Positions 1-11,280 of a stretch of DNA of 64,000 bases are shown here, one piece after another. The DNA is from the human T2T-CHM13v2.0 reference genome, Homo sapiens. The DNA is taken from the NCBI RefSeq assembly GCF_009914755.1, contig NC_060946.1, one strand, 5' to 3'. Under the pieces are notes generated by a model that was not told the origin of the DNA, made no database searches, and was given only the letters and a program-made list of their open reading frames with translations. Each line of letters opens with the position of its first letter. Position 1 is the stretch's first letter. Both the position numbers and the translations under genes were made by a program.

Positions 1-548
1 CACTGGAATAGTGTCAAACCACACACAAGAGCACAGAACCCAGGGACACAGGGCGGCTGAGACACTCAGCTGGTGATGGTCCTCAGGATGGTGTCAACCA
101 GTATGTAATCACATTCCACAGGGCACCAACTGGACAGAGGCCTCCGGTCAGCCTCACTCTGACTGCAACCCCCTCTCACTGGACAGCATCACCTGGACAC
201 AGAGCCTCACCTAGTCTGTGTCCCATGGTCACAACTTTGCTTTGGACAGTGACACCAAGAATACTCACCCCTTTACTTAGCCAGACCACAGGCAGCCACC
301 TGGACACAAACATCTCTCCAGAGTCACCCTCCACACAGACTCCACAGCAGAACTCCCAGGGAGGCACTGGGGCATGGCTTCAGAGCACCAGGCAGCGCTC
401 CGCGGTGCCTAGCACCCGCTCAGCCAGGGCAGCCTGCAGCGGAGCTTGGAGCCAGCAGCTTCTCATCTCTTGGCCTCGGGAAATGTAGCTGGAGTCATCA
501 TTTAGCAGAGCACGGTGTCCCTGGGTTGGCCACCCAGCTTAGTTTTAA

Positions 549-554
549 AATAAA
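549..554 (+). terminator. AATAAA polyadenylation signal, possibly the 3' end of the upstream lncRNA DGCR5 long isoform
   Basis: AATAAA in a short AT-rich patch within GC-rich DNA. The DGCR5 link rests only on recalled locus order (DGCR5 +, CA15P1 -, DGCR2 -). Confidence 0.35.
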
Positions 555-867
555 ATAATGTAATCTTGGCCTAATGGTGGAATTTCTGACTGCTAGATGT
601 TCTCCTTCCATCTGACCAGGGGATTCAGACACAATGTATAGGATGAGGGTGGGGGCCCTTCTCCCTCTGAGAGGAACCTGGAGAGGCCCGGGTTCTGCTG
701 AGGTAGGAGAGGGTCACTCAGAGGGCTCCCACGGAACAGACAGGCACACTGAGGCCTCAGTGGGATTAGGGCAGGAAATGCCCCTCTTGCAATGGGGGAC
801 CACGCCAGGTCACGCACCCACCCCCTCCAGGCTACATTAGGCTAAGGTCACTCTGTGCATTATTTCA

Positions 868-3800
868 TTATTTCACATGGAGGGTCGCCCACGGTTGACA
901 GAACCACAGGCTGAGCCCCAGGCCCATCAGAGCGCAGTGCACAACTGCTAGGGTGGGGGAAGAGCAGGGGGCTGCTGCGGGGACCGAGGCTCTCGGAGAG
1001 GCCAAGACTGCGTGCCCCTTAAGAGGCTGCTGTGGGCCGGGCACGGTGGCTCAAGCCTGTAATCCCAGCACTTTGGGAGTCCGAGGCAGGCGGATCAGGA
1101 GGTCAGGAGATCGAGACCATCCTGGCCAACACGGTGAAACCCCGTCTCTACTAAAAATACAAAAAATTAGCCGGGCCTGGTGGCGGGCACCTGTAGTCCC
1201 AGCTATTCAGGAGGCTGCGGCAGGAGAATGGCATGAACCTGGGAGGCAGAGCTTGCAGTGAGCTGAGATTCCACCACTGCACTCCAGCCTGGGCGACAGA
1301 GTGAGCCTCCGTCTCAAAAAAAAAAAAAAAAAAAAGAGGCTGCTGGGGGCGGAAGTTACCCGTGAGCGGTATGGGGTGAAAGTGGGAGGGTCCAGCCTGG
1401 GGCACGGTGTAGAACAGGGTCATCTGAGGGTGCAGGGCAAAGAGATCAAAACGGGGTGGGAGAGGGGCAGCACCTGCGGGAGGAGCCAGGCAAGGCCCGG
1501 GGAGGGGTGTGGGGGGCGAGGGGGGACGGTGGCTCCACCTGCACCCACCGGATGGGTATGGGGTCCTCGAAGACGGTCCAGAGCACCGTGGGCTCGCAGT
1601 CAGGTGGGGTCAGCGACCCAGCGAAGCGACAGTAGCTCGAGGTGTTGGGCCGCATCGACGCCAGCGGGAAGGTGGACATCAGATTCACTGAGAGCCCCGG
1701 GCGGCAGAGGGAGGGGGATTGGAACCAGCCTCCCTGTGCCCTGCTGGTGCCATCCCCAGCAAACCCCCCGCCCCTGAGCCGGAAAACGACCCGGTGGCTC
1801 CTCACCTGGCTCAGGCACCTTCCTCAAGCCCGACACTATGGCGCAGAAGTTGGTGTTGCTACAGTCCTGCTCCTGGGAGGGGCTCCAAGTGCGAGGGGTT
1901 CTGAGTGGGGGAGTCTCTGAAGAGGGAACTCAGCTGGGGTACTCTAAGCAGGAGGCTCCCAGTGGCAGGAGGCATCTGGCATCTGGGAAATGGGGTGGAG
2001 GGTTCTCGCCGCCACTGGTCCTGCCGATTCAGGCATTCCCACCGCCCCATCCTCCCACAGATCCTATAGACCCTAGAGATCCCCCCACGGACTCCACAGG
2101 CCTGGCCTGTCCACTTCCAGGATCCCCATGGACCCCTTTTTTGGAAACATACATAGAATCACAGCCCTGCCTTCACCGCCAGCAGCACCTCCAGCAGCAG
2201 GGCCTGCACTCGAGCCCATCACCGTGGCGTGGTGCCTCCTCCATGCTCTGGTACTTTGTGTTACTGTGGACCACGTGCATCTGGGGGGAGGCACAGATGT
2301 GGGAGATACCCAGCTGCCCTCACCTTGCTCTCTCTCACCTCCGTGGGAGCACTCCGGCCACCCCACCTTGTTCCCGAGTCTACCTCCATAGCCTGGCGCT
2401 GCCTGTCCAGGCTGTGCTCCGAGTCTGCTCGCCTCGGGCCCCCCCACCGCCGGCAGTTGAAGTGCAGCTGCAGTGCGCGGTAGACAGGCAACAGCAGCCC
2501 AGCCTCCCAAATCTCCAGGTGGTTCTGAGGATCAGTGTCCATTCAGAGTAGCAATGAAGGGGAGGAGGCACACGACACCCTCTCTACCTCACCACCTGTC
2601 CATCTTGTGCCATTAGGGCACAGGGTATGAGCAGAGGCCCTTCCTCAGGCCAGGTTTCTCCCCAGTGCGGCCCCATTGCCTCCATGGAATGGAACCCATG
2701 GTGTCCATGGCTCCTGCTGGTCAGCAGAGCAGAGCTCCACAGACTGCAGGGGAAACCCTTCCCCCCCCCCCACACCCAGCATGGCATGGAAGAGGGCAGA
2801 GGGCAGCCCTCCTGGTGTGGGGCTCTAAGCCCAGCTGTGTGTGGTCAGGGATCCTGGCCCTGCCAGAGACCCTGACTCCTGGTCCTCAGGGGCCATGGCT
2901 GGTTGTGATTTGTAAGGTGGGACCTGGCACCTACACAGAGGGTGCATCTGGACTGCTGTGTGAGGATGCTCCTTTCCTCTGAAGCTAGCCCCTGTGGAGG
3001 GTTTTTGGCCCTGTAGGTTGTCTCAGCTCCCGTGTGTAGGGGGTCCTGGTCCCTGTGTACACGCAGGAGCTCTCATGCCCTGTGTGGGGCTCCTGCCTCT
3101 GCCTAGGAGGGGTCCTGACCACAGGGTGCTGACTTGTGTGGCTGTCATTCTCCAGGGTCCAAGGGCCTGGAGGTGCTGAGTCATAGCCTCGGAAGATGAA
3201 GGGCCCTAGGGTAGAGTTCCGCCGGACCCTGTGAAAGTCAATGTCGATGAGGGACTGGCCTGGGCCCCCACAGGCAGGGGGCCAGCTTCTTCCAGTGGGT
3301 GGGGACTGCTGGAACAAGGACTGGGGCCTTTGGGGTGGGGGGGGGTCAGGGAGGCAGCCTGGGGGTGCAGCAGAGAGTGGCCCCCATACACCCAGAGGAT
3401 AGCCCAGCCTCAGGAAACCTAGCTCCCTGCTTCCCCCACACCTGAACAGGTCACAGCACCCCCCTTCTCTTGTACCCTGCATCTGACCTATCCATCTAGT
3501 CTCCCAGTTGGCTGCCCCATGGTGAGATGAAGGTGGAAGGGTCTCCGGCACACAGTTGCACACCCACACTGGGACCTCTATCACCTGCACACACTTGGGC
3601 TGGCCACAGTAACGGGCACACCAGCCTTGACTGACTCGGGACCGGCGATCACAGCAGGCCCAGACTCACACACAGGGGGACAGTCACGCACTTGCACCTG
3701 ATGCCCAGTCAGTCTACTGGGGCAGACGACTACAGACAGAAACCTGCAAAGGCCACAGAGTGCAGGGTGCAGACTGTCTCTTGGCCACTCTTGCACCACT

Positions 3801-4215
3801 GGCACATGCTCTGGTGGTCCCAGGACACAGACTGATCTGACACAGCCTCACATGACACTCTGTCCTCACCATACTTGAGGTCCTGGGAGTCATAGCACCA
3901 GGCACCTATAGAGACAGTGGGCAGGAGGCTGAGCTGAGAGGCCAGTCATCTGGGCCCTCTCCAAGCCCCATCCCATCAGCTGGGGTCCAAGAATGAAGTA
4001 GGTCAGGGGTTTAGGCCAGGGGAGGCCAGTGAAGAACCTTCTCTCCTGTCACCCCTACCTCAGTATTTTCTCTCCCCAGTCCCTCCCCACTCCCAGTGGC
4101 AAGACCTAAGGGGTGGTGGAGCATGGCAAGAGGGTAGATTGGAGGCCAGACAGGAAGAGTCCTGGTGCTCACTCTCAGAGTCTGCGCCACACCAGCTGCA
4201 CCGCAAGGCGTGCGT
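868..4215 (-). pseudogene. CA15P1: Unprocessed carbonic anhydrase XV pseudogene (8 exon remnants)
   Basis: Minus-strand exon remnants: ~4215-4173 (signal-peptide remnant ending ADSE), 3905-3870 (AWCYDSQDLKY), 3305-3134 (HWKKLA/PACGGPGQSLIDID...WTLENDSHT), 2553-2384 (YRALQLHFN...SEHSLD...ME), 2280-2177 (MHVVHSNTKY), 1872-1806 (EQDCSNTNFCAIVSGL), 1696-1539 ([20 protein letters not shown]), 1423-868 ([16 protein letters not shown]...hydrophobic GPI-type tail). These are alpha-CA motifs matching recalled mouse Car15, with multiple disablements. Confidence 0.93.
1035..1335 (+). mobile_element. AluY inserted in the last CA15P1 exon
   Basis: Full-length GGCCGGGCACGG...poly(A). TSD AAGAGGCTGCTG(T/G)G at 1021-1034 and 1334-1347 duplicates the QQPL-coding sequence. 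Confidence 0.95.
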
Positions 4216-5601
4216 GGCTCAGTGGCAGCCGCAGCTAGGAAGGACTAGAAAGTGGCTAGACCACGCAGCCAGGATGCTGGCCTGGCTACTACATATTTAT
4301 TCATTAGCTAGCTGGGCTAGGGGCGTGGCTACTGAGGAGAGGATGGGAGGGGTCGGTGCCCAGGCAGGGCCACCAGGAAGAGCGCGAGCCCTCCAAACTC
4401 ACCCAGGTGTGCTCTGGTCCCAGGGCTGCACTGATGCCAGCAACAATCGCTGAGGTTAATCCTGCAGGGGAGGGGTGACCTATTATTATCCCCACTTACA
4501 GTCCAGGAAACAGAGGCTGGGGACCAGAATGACACACCAAAGCCACCAGCAAGAAAGGTCAAATAGTGAGGGCACCTTGGACCCCAGTGCCCATGACTTT
4601 CGGGGCAAGGATGGGAGGAAGGTGTAGGATGTCTCTTGCCCCACTGTGGGCCCGGAACTGCCACCCCATCCCAAGACCACAGCCTCCCTCCTACCCAGGC
4701 CCCCCTGCGGATCCAGGCCAAGACGGAGCCCTGCAGGAGGTCAGAGGAGGGGACTTCTTTGCACCCTGCGCCTCTTTCCAATCGCCAGAGGGCAGGGCCC
4801 TACCCACATTGGGGATGGGAAGACAGCCCCTACCCAGAGGCAGGGCTCGGGGCTCTGTCCAGAGTGCTGACAGTGACCTGTGTGCTCGGGACTCAACACC
4901 ACCACTCCACTCCTGCCCCAGCAGATGGGATAAAAAATGAGGGGCCACATCCTCGAGGCTCCCATCCCTGCCAAGGGACTTACCAGTTCCTTTCCTAACC
5001 CTGACTCCTCTCGTGTCCGGCCGCAGGACGTCCCCCCAGTATACACATCTGGAGTGCCCCCAGAGCAGGGCATGCAATCACACTTCCTGGGCCCACTACC
5101 CTCTGAGACCTAGAGATGGCACTGCTGGACATGAGTGAAGAGGCCCCAGAGGACCTAGGCTACTTTGTAACATTAGGTGGCTTGGACTGGAGGGAGGGGC
5201 TGTTTCCAGCCACCCGGATGATGAGGGGAGCTTAGAGGAAATGGCGCTGACGGCCAGGTTCCAAGCCCTGCCCTACCACCCCGTCCCATGCTAGCTCCCA
5301 GATGGTGTCAAGCAGCCTTGCCTTTATGTGGATCCTGTGCACGTCAGCAACACCTGCCAAGGCAGCAGCCGATGCCCCAAGCAGGGCTGGGTGCTGCAGG
5401 ATAGCTGTAGGCAGCTCAGGGCTGCTGCTCTCCCTGCACACTCCACCTGGGGGCTCCAGGCTCAGCTCTGCCTGGTCCTCAGGGGGTTTGATGGACGCCT
5501 GCAAGGGCTGCAAACCCTAGGTGCATTCTGCTGAAAGGTGGGTACCCAGCCTCTTCCACCTTAGCCTGTGGCAGCCGTGGGGGCCACACCAAGGACTAAC
5601 C

Positions 5602-8188
5602 ATGCCTCTTCCGGAACACAAGTTTATTTGGCATTTGGATGAAATGATTCTCACAGCATCTTAAGAAAAGTTAGTGTCAACCCAACCAAAAACTAAAAAC
5701 CCTTAATGAAAACATAAAAAAACAGGCATCAAGACAATGTACAGTATCAAATCCCACCTCCGCATGGCAGGTCAGAGGGCACCTGGGCTCTGAGAAACCG
5801 TGGCAAGCTGGTCCTAGAGGAGGAGGACCCCTGGAGCACAAGGTTCAGCAAGGGTGACCCCGGGACTTGCTGGTCAGACTGGGGACTGCAGCAGGCCTTG
5901 CAAAGGGGGCATTCTGGATGGTGGTGCAAGAACAGATGAGCGAGTCCAGCTCTCCTCATGCTCCCAAGGGCCTCCTGGAGCCACAGTGGCAGCGGTGTTC
6001 CAGGCAGCCCTGCCATGTGGACCTTCTGCCTGGCCCAACGTGCCAGTGGCCTGAGTGCTTGTGGAGGCCCATGGGGAAGGGGCCACCCAGCAACCCCGGC
6101 CAGCCCAAGGCCCACCCTCTGCAGCCTGCATGGTCCACTTTACCCCGTTTCCTCACTGCCCCCTACGTGTCTGACCGGCCCCTAATGTTCCTCTGGTCCC
6201 CAAAGGAAGCGTCCCAGTCCCACACATCTCGTGCCAGCCACCCTGTCCCGCACACACAGTTCTGAGGCCTGGCAGGAATCCTCTGAGCTCTCAGGCTCAG
6301 GCCCGTGGGGGACTCTGCTGCGTGGTCCTCGGGCCCTCACTGGCCACCTGGCACCCATAATGCACATGCCTGCTGCTCTGGAACCTGGCTGCCCTGCCCC
6401 AGTGCATGTGGGATCCACGGCATGCTTCCTGCTTCGTCCTCTGCAGCCAGTAGGGGACTCTTGTGGCCAGGACTTCCTTGTTAAGTAGCAGCCCTTCTCC
6501 AAGGGGAGCACAAGCCTGCCCGCACACAGCCTCCAGCATCATGCTCCAGCAGGCCAAGCTCAGGGACAGGCAATTCAGTAACAAAACTCACAGCTCTGGA
6601 CAGTTCTGGCACAAAGGTCAAGTCTGTCTGTGGGCAACTCAAGATTCTCATTCCACATGGGATGGAAAAAATGGGTCTCCAGCCACAGTGTGAGAATGTG
6701 TCAAGAAGTGGACTGTGCATGGAGTCCATCCCCGAGCAGCACCACAGAACTGCATGCTTCAGACAGGCCTCCCAGGTGCTGCCCCTGCTGGTCTGGAAAG
6801 ACTGAGCGAGACAGCACTGCCTCAGCACAGCCCAGGATGCATCGATGACCCTGGAAGAGTGGGCCCCCAGTGACCCGTGAAGTTCCATGTGCCACCCTCA
6901 CCTGCAGACGCTTGGCCACATACACACACAGAGACACAAACATACAAAGGAAAGATCCAGACATTCAACGTAGAAAAGATATGGATGTGCTAAAAATCGC
7001 ACAGAACCCGCTTAATCTCCAAACCTCAGAAATGTTAAAGGCCCTGTGTCAGGCAACAAAACCACTGCCCAGGAGCAGGCAACAGGGTCCGTCAGGCAAA
7101 AGGGTGCCAGGAAGGGCCCCCAGCCCCTGCGCTGCTGAGGCGGGGCCGGGAGGTGTGCATGCGGCCGCTGGGCACTGAGCTGCAGTAGTGGTGGTGATGT
7201 AAGGAGTGGACTTTAAGGAGATAGATGCAGCCCAGGATGGTGGTTTCAGCCACCCCTCCTGCAATGAAGCAACCCTTTATGGCACAAATGGGGCCGGGGG
7301 CAGGCCCAGGGGCAATTCAACAGGAGGCAAGAGCCCAGGGCTCCAGAGTGGAGAGACAGGAGGCAGCTCAGTCCCCAGACCCCAGCAGAGCATCTGGGGC
7401 CTCGGCCCCACTCCAGAGCTTCTTCCTGAGGGAGCCATGCACAGCAATGCTGGGAGAGGGACTGATGGGGTGGGGTCAGGCCTCCTGCCACAGAGCTGGG
7501 CTGCAGAGCCCAGATGGAAAGACACAGTGAAGAGCTCAACCTCCTTCCAAGCTCTCCTTCTCAGGGCTTCAGGTTCCAGAGCCCCAGGGGAGCTCCCAGC
7601 CAGGGGCAGGGTCACCTTGATATTCACAACTGGGCTTGTGGGGGCCATCTTCAGTGCAACCGTTGTGACAAAGTCAAGAGGCTGCCTCCCTGAAGCAGAC
7701 CCACTGCCTACGCCACACTGACGGTCCAGAGGCCCCCTCCTGAGGGCGGCCAGCAAGGGGCACTGTGGCAGCTCCCACTGTGCCTGTCCCAGACTGGGTC
7801 AGCAGGTCTCTCTGGACAGCACACTGCACCAAGTAGGCCCACCAAAAACGCATCAGGTGTGGCCATGGCCCACAGTACCTTCTTCATTCCCTGCCTCTAA
7901 CATGTGCGGTCTGAATGAATTTTGTCACTCTTCTGCCATTTATAAAGGAGAAGACAGTGATCCAAAGCTATGCATGTTTCTGAAGCCCTCAAGGAAGCTC
8001 GGTGCAGGCCATCACTTCTTTTGGCAGAAGGCGGGCTGTGGTCTCTATGTACACACGCGAGCCCGCCAGTGACGTGCGGCAGTGCGTGGCGTCCAGGCTG
8101 GGACAGGGGCCTTTCAAGTCTCCCCAGGGACCGGTGTTTTCTACAACAGACAGGTGCTCCCAGACCGTTGGGGTACAGGCCAGGCCGT
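5602..8188 (-). other. DGCR2: DGCR2 3'UTR (~2.6 kb)
   Basis: Continuous with the terminal coding exon and repeat-free. It ends just past the minus-strand AATAAA at 5623-5628. The cleavage site is approximate. Confidence 0.85.
5623..5628 (-). terminator. DGCR2: DGCR2 polyadenylation signal AATAAA
   Basis: Plus-strand TTTATT. A U-rich upstream region on the minus strand (5680-5725) and a GU-rich downstream region (GGTTAGTCCTTGGTGTGG) flank it. Confidence 0.85.
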
Positions 8189-8445
8189 CTACACCACAGT
8201 ATTGAGGGAGCTGCGGCTGTGGCGGCCACCCCCTGGCAGTGCCTCTGCAGCTGGGGTGCTCCCGCTCTGGGCAGGGTCAGGGGGCACGAGCAGGGCGCTG
8301 CTGCTGTCGGCAGAGTCTTCCAGGTCTGCCAGAGAGGCCCCCGCAGTGGGCAGAGGCTGCTCCAGGCGCCGGAGTAATGCACCTTCACTCCCACCATCCC
8401 CAGGGGCTGGCAGGCTGACCTCCGCAGGCTCAAAAGCATCATCGT
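8189..8445 (-). CDS. DGCR2: DGCR2 exon 10, coding part (cytoplasmic tail [13 protein letters not shown]...RSSLNTVV*)
   Basis: Acceptor cttcctgcag, 257 nt, TAG at 8191-8189. Ends in the class I PDZ-type motif T-V-V. Confidence 0.97.
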
Positions 8446-9042
8446 CTGCAGGAAGAGACAGAGGGGTGTCAGAGGCAGGTACGGGCCTGGCACAGGGGAT
8501 GCAGGGGAGCTAGGCAAAACCAGGAGACACTCCTCCTGCCTGAAGGCCCCCCTGAAGCTGGGTGGTGAGCAGGACCTGGGTGGCTCCCCCGGGCCTCAGA
8601 TTTTGAAGGAGGAGCCTGCCCCACATGACACCTGTTGTACCTACTGCCCCCTGTGGCTGGGAACCTGGTATATGCAAGGTGCAGGGCACATCTCACAAAG
8701 GCAGACACGGGCCTGTCCCACCATCGGTGTGAGGTAGGGGAGACACACTGACCAGCAGTCACTAGAACAGAGGGGCCCAAAGGGAAACCGTCTCAGACTC
8801 AGTAAGGTGAAGACCCGGCTCAGCAAGAAGGCAGGGGCATTTGTCATCAGGGAGGCACTGGGCCCAGGTGGGTGGAAGAACATTCAGGGCTGCAGCTGGA
8901 ATGTGGCAACCGGAGTGTGGGCAACAGGGCTGCAGTGAGCGGCCTGGAAAACCACACAGGTGTTTGCAGGAAGCTCTGATCCAAGGCAGGCTGTGTGGTA
9001 GGCAGTCGACTCGCTTTGTTTTGCCCGATCTTTATTACTTGC

Positions 9043-9331
9043 TTTTTTTTTCTTTTAAGAGACAGGATCTTAAAAGATTGCACACTGGTGTGCAGTGACG
9101 TGACCATGGCTCATGACAGCCTTGAATTCTGGGCTCAGGTGATCCTCCATTCTCAGCCTGCCCAGTAACTGGGACTACAGCTGTGCCCACTATGCACGGC
9201 TAGTTCTGAATTTTTTGTGGAGAAGGTCTCACAGGCTGGTCTCGAACCAACCTGGGCAACATAATGAGACCCCTCCTCCCGCCTCAGCCTCCCAGAGTGC
9301 TGGATTACAGGTGTGAGCCACTGCGCCTGGG
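9043..9331 (-). mobile_element. Old Alu (AluJ-like) with a small internally inverted Alu segment near 9248-9272
   Basis: Poly(T), GAGACAGG, ...CTCCCAGAGTGCTGGATTACAGGTGTGAGCCACTGCGCC. The internal CCTGGGCAACATAATGAGACCC is in the opposite orientation. Confidence 0.8.
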
Positions 9332-10378
9332 CTGCCTGCTTGTCATTACCATAGGCTGTCTCTGAAAGCTAACAGCACAAGGCCCCGGTAATGCACCTCC
9401 CTCCTGGCCAGCCCCTCACAGCCCCCACCCTGCTCTGCAGCCTGGCCCACACAGGTGTCTGGGATCTGCTGCCACCCACCACCATCCCTTGCAGGAAGCT
9501 GGTCCTACCCTGGAAGACTGTGACAATCTGTGTCATGAGGGCAGGGGTCAAATGCAAGTCTTTTCTGCACCCCCAGATCATGCAAGAGCTGTGGCAGCTG
9601 ACTAAACAAACGAACAGGACTGAGACCTTTAGGCACAGCAGCCCCAGCCTCACAATGCCCATTCTGCCGAGATGGGCAGGCATGCAAGGAGCCAGCCACT
9701 TTGGGGTGGCACTGCCTACCAAATATACTACAGGTTTGTGTGTGTTAGGGGGCCTAATGCACAGGGAGATGGGATGGGACACCTGCACTGCTCAACAGAG
9801 ACAGAGACAGGCCAGGGGTCAGGGGCCTGCCACTCCTTAGCTACACAGCCTTGAGGAATGGCGCCCACTCTCAGATGGGTGGTAGGCTCCAACTATGGGC
9901 CAGTAGCACAGAAGCCACGCTTTCCTCCCACCTCACAGAGCTGCCTCCTGACACGACAGGAGGGGCTGTCACCATGGTGTCTCTAGCTCATGTGTCTACA
10001 GACAAGTGATTGGCTCCTGGGTCTGGGCCAGCCCTGTCTTCACAACCACCACTGTCGGGCTCCCCAGGTCTCTAGAGCTGGGCTGAGGGCCCTGAGGGCT
10101 GCCCAGATGACAGGTGCTCACAGAAGGGAGGGAGGTAGGAGGGAGGGGTCCCAGGCCTTCTCAGAGCTCTCTGCACAGATTGCCAAGGGCGGCCAGGCAG
10201 GGAGATCAGGACCCCTTCTGCACGGGCAGCCCCAGGAGAAGCCTTAAAGGAAAAACCAAAGACAAAGCCGGAAAGAAGTGAGGCCCCCAGGCCTCTGCAG
10301 CTGGGCAAGAGTGCTGGGCTCAGCCCCACGTGCCAGGTTACTTGACAAGGTGTTCCCTCTCCCTGGGGAGTCAGGCAC

Positions 10379-10615
10379 CTGCAGGGTCATAGAACACACT
10401 GTCCGGGTGGATGGAGGCCTCGTAGGGCGGCGGAGGGTCGTCGGGCTGGCCGATGTCCGGGTACTTGTATGCCGTGTAGGGAGGTGGAGGGTCGTGGAAA
10501 TGGAAAGTCCCACCCTCTCCGTCGTCAGAAAGATGCAGCGGCGTGAGGCCCGTGCCAAACCCGTCTGGGCCGTAATCAAAGCCAGGGATCCTGCGGCCGA
10601 GGTTGAAGTGGTGCA
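10379..10615 (-). CDS. DGCR2: DGCR2 exon 9 (cytoplasmic, two PPPPY motifs)
   Basis: cccag acceptor, GTGCCT donor, 237 nt. Encodes [19 protein letters not shown]...[11 protein letters not shown]...DPPPPYEAS...YDPA. Confidence 0.97.
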
Positions 10616-11127
10616 CTGGGCCATCAAAAGTGTGCAACGGGAACAGAGACAAGTCACTGGGGGCAGGCTGCCTGGCTCCTGAGCCCCCCACCCCCAGGCT
10701 GGGCCTGCCGTCCCTGAGTGCACACACCTGTGCCCCGCTGCCTACCCCTCGGCCACATTCGGCATCCCCATGAGACCCCTGGTGTGCTCCGTGGCATGTC
10801 TCACCCTCACCACACCAACCTGTCCCTCTGGGCTGACACTTCTGTCAGACCCAGCCTCTGGCTGACCACACCCCTCCAGCTGGAAGGGTGATCCGGGCCT
10901 CTGACCCTCAGAGGCCTCCGAGTTCTGCCCACCCTGTGGCTCAATGGGAATAAGGAGGGTCTTGGCAAGAACTTTCCTGGCCCACAGGTGAGGACACAGA
11001 CCCCACAACATGTGGCCTTCAAACCTGCCTCTGCCCCTCTCTGTCCAGGGCTGGGGAGCTCATGGAGACATGGGGTGACCTGGGGTGGGGATGGGGACCA
11101 GGGTTGTGGCCCTCAGAGGGCACTTAC

Positions 11128-11280
11128 AGTTTGCTCCAATCAGGGACTCGATGCGCTCCCGGCGCCGCTGGCGCAGCCGGTGGACCATGAAGAGCAGCAG
11201 TGACAGGATGAGGAAGGAGGAGATGCAGCTGACGACCAGGCGCATCCCGCTGGCCATGGAGTCAAACAGACTGTTGCCAT
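11128..11280 (-). CDS. DGCR2: DGCR2 exon 8 (transmembrane helix)
   Basis: cccctcag acceptor, GTAAGT donor, 153 nt. Encodes [50 protein letters not shown]. Confidence 0.97.

Noticed and set aside
1838-2551. 237-aa plus-strand ORF
   Set aside because: Antisense to CA15P1 exons and introns, with no homology.
10278-10682. 134-aa plus-strand ORF opposite exon 9 (similar ORFs oppose exons 7, 8 and 10)
   Set aside because: Antisense shadow ORFs of GC-rich coding exons.
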